Shown: piece by piece, positions 10,252 to 19,776 of the stretch
Numbering within the stretch: position 1 is the first letter of the stretch
Layout of the letters: each line of letters starts with the position of its first letter
DNA from: an uncultured Methanomassiliicoccales archaeon
GTDB lineage: Archaea > Thermoplasmatota > Thermoplasmata > Methanomassiliicoccales > UBA472
Assembly: GCA_963695345.1 (NCBI GenBank)
Contig: OY968769.1
Span: 2,446,441 to 2,510,440 of the forward strand
Length of the DNA stretch: 64,000 nt
Reading direction: 5' to 3'
Notes under the pieces: generated by a model
What the model was told of the DNA's origin: nothing
Databases searched by the model: none
Seen by the model: only the letters and a program-made list of their open reading frames with translations
Made by a program: the position numbers and the translations under genes

Positions 10252-10276
10252 GCAAAAGAGCTTAATGCATCATGAT
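10252..10276. repeat. 25-bp direct repeat copy 2 (putative att site)
   Basis: Identical to 9136-9160. Lies 14 bp upstream of the rnz GTG start. Confidence 0.8.
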
Positions 10277-10289
10277 ACGATGAGGGGCC

Positions 10290-11264
10290 GTGGAAATCGT
10301 CTTCCTTGGGACTGGAGGTAGCGTACCGACCAGAAATCGCAACACCAGCGCTACCGCGGTCCGGGTCGGGTCGGAGATATTGCTGTTCGATTGCGGTGAG
10401 GGGACCCAAAGGCAGCTGATGAGTTCCACCGTCTCCTTCATGAAGATCACCAGGATCTTCATCACCCATCTACACGGAGATCATTTCCTGGGCCTGCCCG
10501 GTCTGATCCAGTCGATGAACTTCGCCGGACGGCTGGAGCCTTTGGAAATCTACGGTCCGGAAGGAACATCGACCACCGTCGACACGATACTGAACCTGGG
10601 TTATTTCCAGGCCGGGTTCGAGGTGGTCGGCCACGACGTCGCTGACCTTGACGCAGTTCATGGAAAGGGCTATACGGTCAAGGCGGTAAGGACCGACCAT
10701 AGCATTCCCTCGTTCGGTTTCGTTCTCAGCGAGGATGTCCGGCCAGGTAAGTTCAACAAGGCGAAGGCGATGGAACTGGGGGTGCCCGAGGGCCCTTTCT
10801 ATTCCAAGCTGCAGTCCGGTTCCAGCGTCAATGTCGATGGCAGAACGATATCGCCGGAGATGGTCATCGGCGACCCCCGGCCCGGGCTCAAGGTGGCATT
10901 CTCCGGAGACACCAGACCGAGCGAGCATTTCATGGAATCGGTCCTGGGATGCGACCTGCTGGTGCACGAGGCGACCGCTGACGTCTCGTTGCAGGAGAAG
11001 GCGAAGGAATTCGGCCATTCCACCGCCCGGGATGCGGCCACCATCGCCCTGTTGGCCGGTGTCAAGGCCCTCTACCTGAATCATTTCAGCGGCAGGTACG
11101 AGGACGTCGGCCTGCTGGTGGATGAGGCCCGGGACATATTCCCGAACACCTTCGCCTCCGAGGACCTCATGGTCCTGCAGGTCAACTATGACGGGACGGT
11201 CACCTCAAAGCAGCTTCAGCACGTCCGAGCTGGTTATGATCCCGACGATCGAGCCCTTCCTTGA
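10290..11264 (+). CDS. rnz: ribonuclease Z (metallo-beta-lactamase tRNA 3' endonuclease)
   Basis: VEIVFLGTGGSVPTRNRNTSATAV, ITHLHGDHFLGLPGLI, VAFSGDTRP, LVHEATA. GTG start. The 3' end may be shorter than the ORF, which overlaps the convergent CBS gene. Confidence 0.85.
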   Translation: MEIVFLGTGGSVPTRNRNTSATAVRVGSEILLFDCGEGTQRQLMSSTVSFMKITRIFITHLHGDHFLGLPGLIQSMNFAGRLEPLEIYGPEGTSTTVDTILNLGYFQAGFEVVGHDVADLDAVHGKGYTVKAVRTDHSIPSFGFVLSEDVRPGKFNKAKAMELGVPEGPFYSKLQSGSSVNVDGRTISPEMVIGDPRPGLKVAFSGDTRPSEHFMESVLGCDLLVHEATADVSLQEKAKEFGHSTARDAATIALLAGVKALYLNHFSGRYEDVGLLVDEARDIFPNTFASEDLMVLQVNYDGTVTSKQLQHVRAGYDPDDRALP

Positions 11265-11768
11265 TACGAGCACGGCGTTGGAGGCCGACAGCAGCGAGGT
11301 CACCACTTCGACGGCGGCCTCCTCGCTGACTATGGGAAAGGAATCCATCATGATGGAGCCGACGCTCTGTTCTCCGAGGTCCTCCATCTTGGTGCCGTCC
11401 CGGAGCATGCTCAATATCTTGAACTCGCTGATGCTCCCGACATGCTGGACACCGTTGAAGACCGGAAGCTGCGAGTAGCCGCTCTCCCTCATGACCTCGG
11501 TGGCCCGCTTGACCTTCTCATTGGACTGGATGCTGATGATGTTGGTGGAGGCGACATCCTTTGCCCTCATCCCCTCGCGCCTCTTGCTCATCTCCTCCTG
11601 CAGGACCTCGAAGATCCTGACAACGGCAGCATAACTCCCCTTGATGCTGCCCCTTTCCATCTTGGCAATGGTCGATTGACTTACACCGGATAGCGAGGCC
11701 AATTCGGACTGGGTGATGTCCAGGCTCTTCCGCAATTTCTTGATCTCGGTCTCATCAGGGAACTTCAT
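11205..11768 (-). CDS. HTH (XRE-type) + CBS-pair transcriptional regulator
   Basis: MKFPDETEIKKLRKSLDITQSELASLSGVSQSTIAKMERG (HTH), then two CBS motifs (ISIQSNEKVKRATEVMRESGYSQLPV...; AVLVSRKGSIVGIITSSDVLKLL). Confidence 0.8.
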   Translation of the reverse strand: MKFPDETEIKKLRKSLDITQSELASLSGVSQSTIAKMERGSIKGSYAAVVRIFEVLQEEMSKRREGMRAKDVASTNIISIQSNEKVKRATEVMRESGYSQLPVFNGVQHVGSISEFKILSMLRDGTKMEDLGEQSVGSIMMDSFPIVSEEAAVEVVTSLLSASNAVLVSRKGSIVGIITSSDVLKLL

Positions 11769-11917
11769 GGCAATACCCACATGTTATTAGTCATATATGA
11801 ATAATTGAGTCAATAGGGCTTATATGACCGAACCAATTACAAGCGCCTAGCTCAGTTCCCGGCCAGACCTTGTCATCCATTTGTCTGGTCAAGGGATTGT
11901 GATTACATAACGAACAG

Positions 11918-13210
11918 GTGACCATCATGGCATCCAAGCCGATCAAGAAGACCACAGCAAAGAAGCCAGCGGCAAAGAAGATCCAGAAGAACATCATTAT
12001 CGAGAGCTTGAACCTGACTCCCATCGAGAAGCAGAGGGTAGAGCTCGTTGAGCGCAAGGGCCTGGGACACCCGGACACGATCTCCGACGGATTGGCAGAA
12101 TCGGTCAGCCGAGCGCTCTGCAAGATGTACCTGGACCGGTACGGGGAGGTCCTCCACCACAACACCGACCAGAACGAGGTAGTGGGCGGACAGAGCGCCC
12201 CCAAGTTCGGCGGCGGAAGAATGCTGGAGCCCATATATATCGTCCTGATCGGCAGGGCCATAACTCAGGTGGACGGCGAAAGGCTCCCGTATGCCACGAC
12301 CGCCATCGGAGCGGCCAAGGATTACCTGAAGAACTTCCCGCACCTGGACGTCAACAACGATGTCATTGTCGACTGCAAGATCGGGAAGGGCAGCATCGAC
12401 CTGATCAAGAACTTCGAATCCCTCGCGGACAAGTGCAAGATCAACGGCAACCAGAACAGCTGCATGCTGGCCAACGATACGTCCTTCGGATGCAGCTTCG
12501 CGCCGCTCTCCCAGACCGAGACGGTTACGCTCGAGGTCGAGAGGTACATCAACGGCGCGATGAAGAAGAAACTGAAGGAGACCGGTCAGGACGTCAAGGT
12601 CATGGCCGCCAGGAACAACGACAAGATCACCCTGACCATCGCCTGCGCCATGGTGGACAAGTTCGTCCCGGACGCCGACCACTACGTCAATGTCGTGCAG
12701 GAGATGACCGAGCGGGTGTCCGACTACGCCTCGAAGTTCACCGAGTACGATGTCAAGGTCGACATCAACCACGCCGACGACTACAAGAACGGCAACTACT
12801 ACCTGACCGTGACCGGCCTCAGCGCGGAGAACGGGGACGACGGCTCTGTGGGCCGCGGAAACCGGGTCAACGGCCTGATCACCCCCTACCGCTCCATGAG
12901 CATGGAGGCGTCCGCCGGAAAGAACCCGATCACCCACGTCGGCAAGATGTACAACATCCTCGCCAACTGGATCGCCCGGGACATAGTCAAGGAGGCCGGC
13001 GGGGACGTTCAGGAAGCCCAGGTCAGGATCCTGTCCCAGATCGGAAGGCCGATCAACGACCCGCAGACCTGCAGCGTCCAGCTTATCCTGGGAGATGGTG
13101 TTAACTTCGAAAAGACCCAGAAAAAGGCCCTCGCGGTGGCCGACAACTGGTTCGAGAACATCAACAAGGTCACGGAGAAAGTTGTAAAAGGCGAAGTAAC
13201 GGTATTCTAA
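11918..13210 (+). CDS. metK: archaeal-type S-adenosylmethionine synthetase
   Basis: Intact 430-aa ORF. VERKGLGHPDTISDGLAESVSRALCKMYL and GDDGSVGRGNRVNGLITPYRSMSMEA are characteristic of the archaeal MAT family. Confidence 0.9.
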   Translation: MTIMASKPIKKTTAKKPAAKKIQKNIIIESLNLTPIEKQRVELVERKGLGHPDTISDGLAESVSRALCKMYLDRYGEVLHHNTDQNEVVGGQSAPKFGGGRMLEPIYIVLIGRAITQVDGERLPYATTAIGAAKDYLKNFPHLDVNNDVIVDCKIGKGSIDLIKNFESLADKCKINGNQNSCMLANDTSFGCSFAPLSQTETVTLEVERYINGAMKKKLKETGQDVKVMAARNNDKITLTIACAMVDKFVPDADHYVNVVQEMTERVSDYASKFTEYDVKVDINHADDYKNGNYYLTVTGLSAENGDDGSVGRGNRVNGLITPYRSMSMEASAGKNPITHVGKMYNILANWIARDIVKEAGGDVQEAQVRILSQIGRPINDPQTCSVQLILGDGVNFEKTQKKALAVADNWFENINKVTEKVVKGEVTVF

Positions 13211-13213
13211 GCG

Positions 13214-13798
13214 ATGAAACTCGTTGATTTGCCCAGATATGGTCCGGTGCACCGGTTCGCCGATTACCACGTCTTCAAAACCCTTTCCATCCTATCCGAT
13301 GGGAAGCGCAAGGGGCGCAAGCAACTTGCAGACATGGTCAATGTGGGCGAGGGCAGCATGCGGACCATCATCGAATACCTGCGCGACCGGGAGATGATCG
13401 ATGTCAAGCAGACCGGCGTCAAGATCTCCAGCAAAGGACACGAGTTCCTCGGCAACCTTCCCATCTACATGGAGAGGGTCGAGCCTACCGACAGTACGCT
13501 GGGTGAGAGGAGCGCGGCGGTGCTGGTCAAGGGCCAAAGCATGAAGATCAAGTTAGGGGTCGAACAGAGGGACAGCGCCATCAAGGCCGGGGCGGAGGGG
13601 GCGACCACCATCATCGTCTCCGGTGACCACCTGATCGTCCCTCCGGATTATGATCTGGATGTCGAACGGCCGGAGTTCACGCAGACGCTGAGGAGACTTC
13701 TGGCACTGAGCGAGGGCGATGTGATAATCATCGGCACCGGGAAGACCTACGATAGGGCGGAGGACGGTGCCCTGGCGGCCGCCTTCGAACTGATCTGA
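13214..13798 (+). CDS. conserved archaeal protein with N-terminal winged-HTH-like region (putative regulator)
   Basis: Intact 194-aa ORF directly after metK. Family assignment from the sequence alone is uncertain. Confidence 0.5.
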   Translation: MKLVDLPRYGPVHRFADYHVFKTLSILSDGKRKGRKQLADMVNVGEGSMRTIIEYLRDREMIDVKQTGVKISSKGHEFLGNLPIYMERVEPTDSTLGERSAAVLVKGQSMKIKLGVEQRDSAIKAGAEGATTIIVSGDHLIVPPDYDLDVERPEFTQTLRRLLALSEGDVIIIGTGKTYDRAEDGALAAAFELI

Positions 13799-14244
13799 CA
13801 ATGCCCCGCCCATAGACCATTTGGAATAAACGGGTTCTCGGGGTCAATCCGCCTCGCGCATTCCGCCCCATCATCTCTTTCCCTCGCGGTCAGGATATGG
13901 AAATGCCATATGACCGTTCCACTGGCTGTTTTTGATGGATGGGGGCCGTTGTCGGAATTTCCCATTAACAAAACAGACGACTTGTGCAGCAGGCCGTCCC
14001 GATGATCATTGTCTCACTAACGTTACAGAATTTCACAAGGTAGCCTTTTCTGAGGCCATCGGTCAACACATTACCTGGGGATTACTCGATCCAGAAAACG
14101 AGACCAGATGGTTCGTCGATTCGTCAGGAATTGACTGGCGGAAGCGAACGGTCCGAATATGTGAATTCTGACAATTCCTCGTTGGACGAGGGTTGAAATA
14201 TTGGATAATACATCCAACTACTAGGACCGGTCAAAAACCGGCGG

Positions 14245-16147
14245 GTGGAGTTTGTAATGAATGTGAAAAGCATCATCGCATGTTTCATGGTTATTTCCTT
14301 CATGTTAATGAGCGCAGTTCCGGTCAACGCGGCATCGTCCCAAGCGACCGCGGCAGTACTGATCGATTTCGGCGATGGCACCGCCTATTGGGCGGACGTG
14401 CCGGTCGGATCGGATATGAACGCGTTCAATCTGACCACTGAGGCTACCACAGCATTGAGCCTCCCGATCGACTATACGGTCTTCTCCTGGGGAGTATCGG
14501 TCAACTCGATAGGTGGGTATACTGGGGGCTGGCCTAACGAATGGTGGCATTTCTGGACCTGGAACACGACCACCAGCTCCTGGAGCATGTCCATGCTCGG
14601 TGCCTCCAGCGTCAATGCATCAAGCTACACCGCATACGCCTGGAGCTATGTCCAGGACAGGCCGGACTATTCCGCTCCCCTGCCCCAGTCCGACCCGGTG
14701 AACCGTTACAGCTGGGGACAGAGCAGGCACGATAACCTCAACACCGGTTACAGCAACATCACCACCAGCATTTCCAATGACACGGTCTTCACGACCAACC
14801 TGAACAACGGCAAGATCGACCCGACCATGGTGGTCAGCGGATCGCGCATCTTCGTCGTCACCGAGGGGATCTATAATTACACCACCTACTCGTACGACAA
14901 ATCCCCCAAGGTATTCTGCCTCAATCTCGCTGGATCGATCGTCTGGTCCGCCAACATCTCCGGTGGCGGCTGGCAGCTGGCATCGGCCGTGGTCGCAGGA
15001 GACCAGCTCATCGTCCCGTCCACCGACTGTAACGTGTACTCGTTCAGCGTTACGAACGGTTCCTTGCTCTGGACCTATGCACTGCCCTTCTCATGGACCG
15101 GGATCACTTCCTCGCCCATAGTCTATCGCGACCAGATCATAATTGCCAGCGGTGACGGAAACGTAACTGCGCTGGCCTTGAACGGCACCAAGCTCTGGAA
15201 CACCAAGATAGCGTCTTCGATCTACTTCTCTGCCCCGTCCGTGAAGGATGGAGTGATCTATGTCGGTTCCGAGGACAGCAAACTGCACGCAGTGAGTGCC
15301 AACGGTTCCGGGGAGGCATGGAACGTAACCGTGCCCGGTAAGGTCCGCAGCTCGCCTCTGCTGCTCGGAGACAAGATCGTGATCACATACGCTGTCTACA
15401 GCGGAATGGTGGCCATTGATGGAGGGGTCGCAGCATACAACTATACCGGTGTGCAAAAGTGGAACGTGAACATTAATTCCACCTCCTCTTCGGTGGCATG
15501 GACGCCTAAGGGCATCATCGCCACAAGTGTGACCGGTGCGACCATGATATCCGAGGAGGGAGCCGTGCTCTGGAGCAAGGACCTCGGCGTGGTCAAGAGC
15601 TCGCCCGGCGTGAGCCGGTCCGGAATATACCTGGTCAGCTACGGGACCCCGGCTACCCTGACCATGCTGGACTTCAACGGCACAATGCTGTTCAACAAGA
15701 CCCTTTCACCATCTGACTATTCGATGGTTTCACCGACGATCGCGAATGGAAGGGTCTATGTGGCCGCAGACAACGGTTACGTCTACTGTCTGGAGAACCT
15801 GCCGCCCGTGCTGACCCTGTCCAGCGCCGTTGTCGATCAGCATGAAGGTGACGTTCACCGCCCAAGCCATAGATGCGGAGGCGGTCACGGTGACCTGGGA
15901 CTTCGGCGATGGCAACACCAGCACAGGCTTGGTGGTCAACCACACCTACGCAAAGGCCGGCAACTACAGTGTCGCCTTCTGGGCAACGGACGCACAGGGA
16001 GGAAATGCCCATGAGGTGTTCACGGTGAACGTGGCAGCGATCGCTGCCGAGACCGACAACACCTTGCTGTACGGCGTAGTGGCCATAGTGGCCATCGTCC
16101 TCGTGGCGGGTATCGTGGTCTTCTTCATGAGGGGCAAGAAGAAGTAG
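14245..16147 (+). CDS. cell-surface protein: signal peptide, PQQ-like beta-propeller repeats, PKD domain, C-terminal TM anchor (frameshift near 15830)
   Basis: N-terminal signal/TM (IIACFMVISFMLMSAVPVNA). Repeated ...G.L(L)W... propeller blades, for example NGSLLWTYALP, NGTKLWNTKIA, GAVLWSKDLG. PKD signature TWDFGDGNTSTG...HTYAKAGNYSV. Ends with TM + FFMRGKKK. More than 25 N-x-S/T sequons. Confidence 0.7.
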
Positions 16148-16155
16148 GTGGTCAA

Positions 16156-16662
16156 ATGAAAAAAACAACACTGGTGGTCATTGCCGTCGTCGTGCTGGCA
16201 GCGGTGGTGCTGGTGAGCGGCATGGGGCTTTTCCCCGGCAGCTCCAGCAACGGCGCCAAGAACAAGACCGCGACCATGACCATCAGCTTTTCCGATGCCT
16301 CGACCAGTCACTTCCGGGGCAACGTCACCACCTGGTCCAACGCGTCCGGGAGCTGGACCTACGAGACCCATGCCAGCGGCGACGGGACCACCCGGTTCGT
16401 GTTCGAGAACATGAGCTTCGGTTCGAACGTGATGGACCTGATGATGGAGTGTTCCAAGGTCGGCGATTTCACGGTGGTTCGGCAGGCCTACGTCGGGATG
16501 GGGACGATAATCCAGAGCTTGGACGGCGTCGCCAATGAGAATCCGGGAAGGGGCTGGCAGTACTACGTGAACGGGACCTATGCCCTGATCGCGTGCGACA
16601 AGACATTGCTCAACGGCGGAGAGGTCATCGACTGGAAGTTCGTCACGCTACAAGGAAGCTAG
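16156..16662 (+). CDS. DUF4430-domain secreted/anchored protein (transcobalamin-like fold family, ECF-associated)
   Basis: N-terminal TM/signal MKKTTLVVIAVVVLAAVVLVSG, and GWQYYVNGTYALIACDKTLLNGGEVIDWKF matches the DUF4430 C-terminal signature. Lies immediately upstream of ecfT. Confidence 0.6.
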   Translation: MKKTTLVVIAVVVLAAVVLVSGMGLFPGSSSNGAKNKTATMTISFSDASTSHFRGNVTTWSNASGSWTYETHASGDGTTRFVFENMSFGSNVMDLMMECSKVGDFTVVRQAYVGMGTIIQSLDGVANENPGRGWQYYVNGTYALIACDKTLLNGGEVIDWKFVTLQGS

Positions 16663-16664
16663 AA

Positions 16665-17639
16665 ATGATATTCCCGTATAAGGACACTAACTCAAGGATC
16701 CATAAGTTGGATGCCCGGCCCAAGATCGTGTTCGTACTGGCAATGTTCGTGATGTCCGTGCTTCTTTCGGACATCGTCTACCTGGTGATCCTGTTCCTTT
16801 TCATCCTGGTGGTGGCGCTCGCCGGCAGGGTGCTCCGCTCCACATTGTCCCTTCTCAAGTACACATCGTTCATGATCCCGTTCATATTCCTTTTCAACGT
16901 GCTGTTGTCCCAGGGCTATGACGTGATATTCAGCTACGGGATAATCAGGATCACGTCGGAATCGATATGGTTCGCAACCAGCATGTGCTTCCGGCTGTTC
17001 GTGGCGGTAGGCTCCTTCTCGCTGCTCGCCTTCATCGTGCATCCGGACGAAGCACTCCGGGCCATGTCAAGGTTCGGCCACAAGACCACAACGTCGTTCT
17101 CCCTGGCCACCAGGATGTACCCCACCATAGCGACCGATTCGAAGAACATCATGGACGCCATGCGGGTAAGGGGGGTGGAGTTCGATGAGGGGGGAGCGCT
17201 CAAGAAGGCCCAGGCCCGCTCACCGGTGGTAATGCCCCTGTTGATGAACTCTCTCGAGCGGTCGGTAGGGATATCAGAGGCCATGGAGGCGCGCGGATTC
17301 GGGTCCGGCAAGAGGACGGCCTACATCATCGCCATGATCACGCCCCGGGAGATCGCCATGGTGGTCTCGTTCTTCGCGGCGATGGTGTTCGCCGTCGCCA
17401 TGTTCATACTGGGATATGGACAGGTCGATTACCTGGCCGGTGAGATGACCAGGCCGACCCTGACCGACTTCGAGATCGTCGGCGTCATATTGCTGTTGCT
17501 GGTACGCCAATATTCCTGGGGGGAAAGAAATGATAGAGGTGGATCGGCTCTCTTTCCAGTATGTCGGCGCGAGCACCAACTCATTGAGCAATGTGAACCT
17601 GCGGATAAAGGAGGGGGAGTTCATCCTGGTGCTGGGTAA
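16665..17639 (+). CDS. ecfT: ECF transporter transmembrane (T) component
   Basis: MIFPYKDTNSRIHKLDARPKIVFVLAMFV... multi-TM with conserved ...ATDSKNIMDAMRVRGVEF... and ...ERSVGISEAMEARGFG (CbiQ/EcfT motifs). The real stop is probably near 17530. Confidence 0.75.
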   Translation: MIFPYKDTNSRIHKLDARPKIVFVLAMFVMSVLLSDIVYLVILFLFILVVALAGRVLRSTLSLLKYTSFMIPFIFLFNVLLSQGYDVIFSYGIIRITSESIWFATSMCFRLFVAVGSFSLLAFIVHPDEALRAMSRFGHKTTTSFSLATRMYPTIATDSKNIMDAMRVRGVEFDEGGALKKAQARSPVVMPLLMNSLERSVGISEAMEARGFGSGKRTAYIIAMITPREIAMVVSFFAAMVFAVAMFILGYGQVDYLAGEMTRPTLTDFEIVGVILLLLVRQYSWGERNDRGGSALFPVCRREHQLIEQCEPADKGGGVHPGAG

Positions 17640-18990
17640 ATCCGGTTGCGGCAAGTCCACCCTTTGCCGTGCGCTGAACGGCCTCATCCCCCATTTCTAC
17701 GGCGGAAGGATCTCCGGTCACGTGGTCGTCGATGGCATGGACACCAGGCAGCATTCCACCTGCGACTACGCCAACCTGGTGGGCATGGTGTTCCAGGACC
17801 CCGAGAACCAACTGGTCATGACCAATGTGGAGAACGAGATGGCGTTCGGGATGGAGAACACCTGCGTTCCCACCGCGATCATGAGGGAGAGGGTGCTCCA
17901 ATACTCCGAATACCTGGACCTGACCCAGTTCCTGACCCGTTTCATCCCCGAACTGAGCGGGGGGGAGAAGCAGAAGGTGGCCATGGCATCCATCCTGGCC
18001 ATGCGGCCGAAGTACATTGTGCTGGACGAACCGACATCCCAGCTGGACGGGGACAATGCCGTTCTGTTCCTGGAGTTCCTCAAGCAGATGAACCGGGAAT
18101 TGGGGATATCGGTCATACTGGTCGAGCACCGGGTCGAACGATGCATAGACTATCCCGACAGGATAATCGTCATGGACCAGGGCTCCATCGTGAAGGATGG
18201 ACCGCGGGACGAGATGATCGAGTACATGAAAGGAATGGGTCTGCTGAACGCGCCGGAGGGCCGCAATGTGGCCATCCCCGATGGCAATCCGGATATCATC
18301 GAGGCGGAGAACATCAGTTTCGGTTACGAAGGCCGGGAAGTGCTCAAATGCCTGGGACTGAAGGTGAAGGCCGGAGAGCTGGTCTCCATCACCGGTGACA
18401 ACGGGAGCGGCAAATCCACCCTGATGAAGAACCTCAATGGACTGCTGCGGCCAAGGACCGGCGACGTGAAGGTCAACGGCAAGAGCATCTCCGGAATGAC
18501 ATCGGCGTCGATCGCCAAGACCATCGGCTATCTGGGGCAGAACCCTAACGACTACCTGTTCGAGGAATCGCTCGAGGCGGAGCTCATGTTTACCCTCCGT
18601 AACCTCAAGGTGGACCAGAGGGAATGGGATGAGCGGATCCACTGGGCGCTCGGGATCCTGGATATGGAACGATATCTGAAGCGGTTCCCCCGGGACCTGA
18701 GCTGCGGCGAGAGGGAGAGGGCGGCGTTGGCATCGATCCTGGTGGCCAGACCCAAGGTCCTGATACTCGACGAGCCGACCAGGGGTCTGGACCAGTGGAA
18801 CAAGGCCAAGCTGGGGGATATCCTCGGCAAGCTCCGCTGCAGAGGGGCAGACCACCATCCTGGTCACCCACGATTACCGTTTCATCGCCGAATACTCCAG
18901 CCGGGTGCTCCGTTTGAAGGACGGGTGCCTGACGGAGATCTCCCTGGACGACATGATGGCCATGGCCAGGGAAGAGCTGGGGGTGGTCTG
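17530..18990 (+). CDS. ecfA: ECF transporter ATPase, duplicated EcfA-EcfA' fusion (frameshift near 18843)
   Basis: Two ABC cassettes: GKSGCGKSTL...LSGGEKQKVAMA...LDEPTSQLD, and GDNGSGKSTL...LSCGERERAALA...LDEPTRGLD. The tail resumes in another frame (TTILVTHDYRF...). Confidence 0.85.
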
Positions 18991-18991
18991 A

Positions 18992-19776
18992 ATGGAGACC
19001 GATACGATGGATACCGTGAGCGTCAGGACGCATTCGCGGGTCACCTACAAGTCATTGGTCCCGACCTTCGCGACCATCATCGTGGGGGCGTTCATTCTCT
19101 ATCTCACGTTCGTCAACTCATCGGAGCTGAAGACCTATGCGGCCTTGCTCACGAACGCCTTCATGCTGCTCCTGCTGATCACGTTCTTCGGCCGGTTCGA
19201 GGAGACGTCGGTAAGCTCGAAGGAGGTGGCCCTGATCGGCATCCTCGGAGCCATCATCGCCGCCTCCCGCATCCCGTTCGCAGCCATTCCCAACGTGCAG
19301 CCGTGCACCTTCCTGATCATGGCGGTCGGTCTGGTCTTCGGACCGCTGGCCGGGTTCATGGTGGGGGGCACGACCGCCATCGTCTCCAACCTCTTCCTCG
19401 GGATGGGGCCCTGGACGATCTGGCAGATGGCGGGATGGGGCTTGGTCGGCTTCGTCTCCGGACTCATCGGAAAGAAGAAGCAAGGAAATGAGCGTGGCCA
19501 AGATGGCCATCCTCTGCTTCGCGCTCGGCTGGATGTACAATGAGGTGCTTGACTTCAGCAGCTGGGTTTGGTTGTATAACATGGACCTGGCGAAGTTCCG
19601 TTTCATGTTCGGCGCAGGGCCTGCCTTTCGGACTATTGCACGCCGGAGGCAACGTCGTCTTCACCTGCGCTATCGGAAAACCGGTCCTGCGCGCGTTCCG
19701 TCGTTTCCAGTCCCGGTTCCAGGTGACCTACGTGGACAAGGTCCGTTCGCCCGCCGTCATTCCGGATGAGGTTTGA
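18992..19776 (+). CDS. ECF transporter substrate-specific (S) component (two frameshifts; 3' end uncertain)
   Basis: Six-TM small membrane protein (ATIIVGAFILYLTFV, LLLLITFFG, IGILGAIIAAS, FLIMAVGLVFGP, IWQMAGWGLVGFVSGL). It takes the S-component position after ecfAA'. Confidence 0.6.

Larger units (their letters stand above)
9136..10276. mobile_element. degraded integrated element (integrase remnant plus fragmentary cargo) bounded by 25-bp direct repeats
   Basis: Perfect direct repeats at both ends. A tyrosine-recombinase catalytic-domain fragment sits immediately inside the left repeat. The interior has no intact genes. Confidence 0.6.

Noticed and set aside
11903-13270. 455-aa minus-strand ORF and 12433..13104 plus ORF (Arg/Gly/Asp-rich) across metK
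   Set aside because: Antisense or alternate frame of the intact archaeal SAM synthetase gene. Low-complexity composition and no motifs.
13932-14171. 79-aa plus-strand ORF in the metK-neighbour / surface-protein intergenic region
   Set aside because: No motifs and odd Cys/Arg-rich composition. More likely promoter/5'-UTR sequence for the downstream surface-protein gene.
17581-18867. 428-aa minus-strand ORF antisense to ecfA
   Set aside because: Pro/Gly/His/Leu-rich and antisense to a gene with two clear ABC cassettes.
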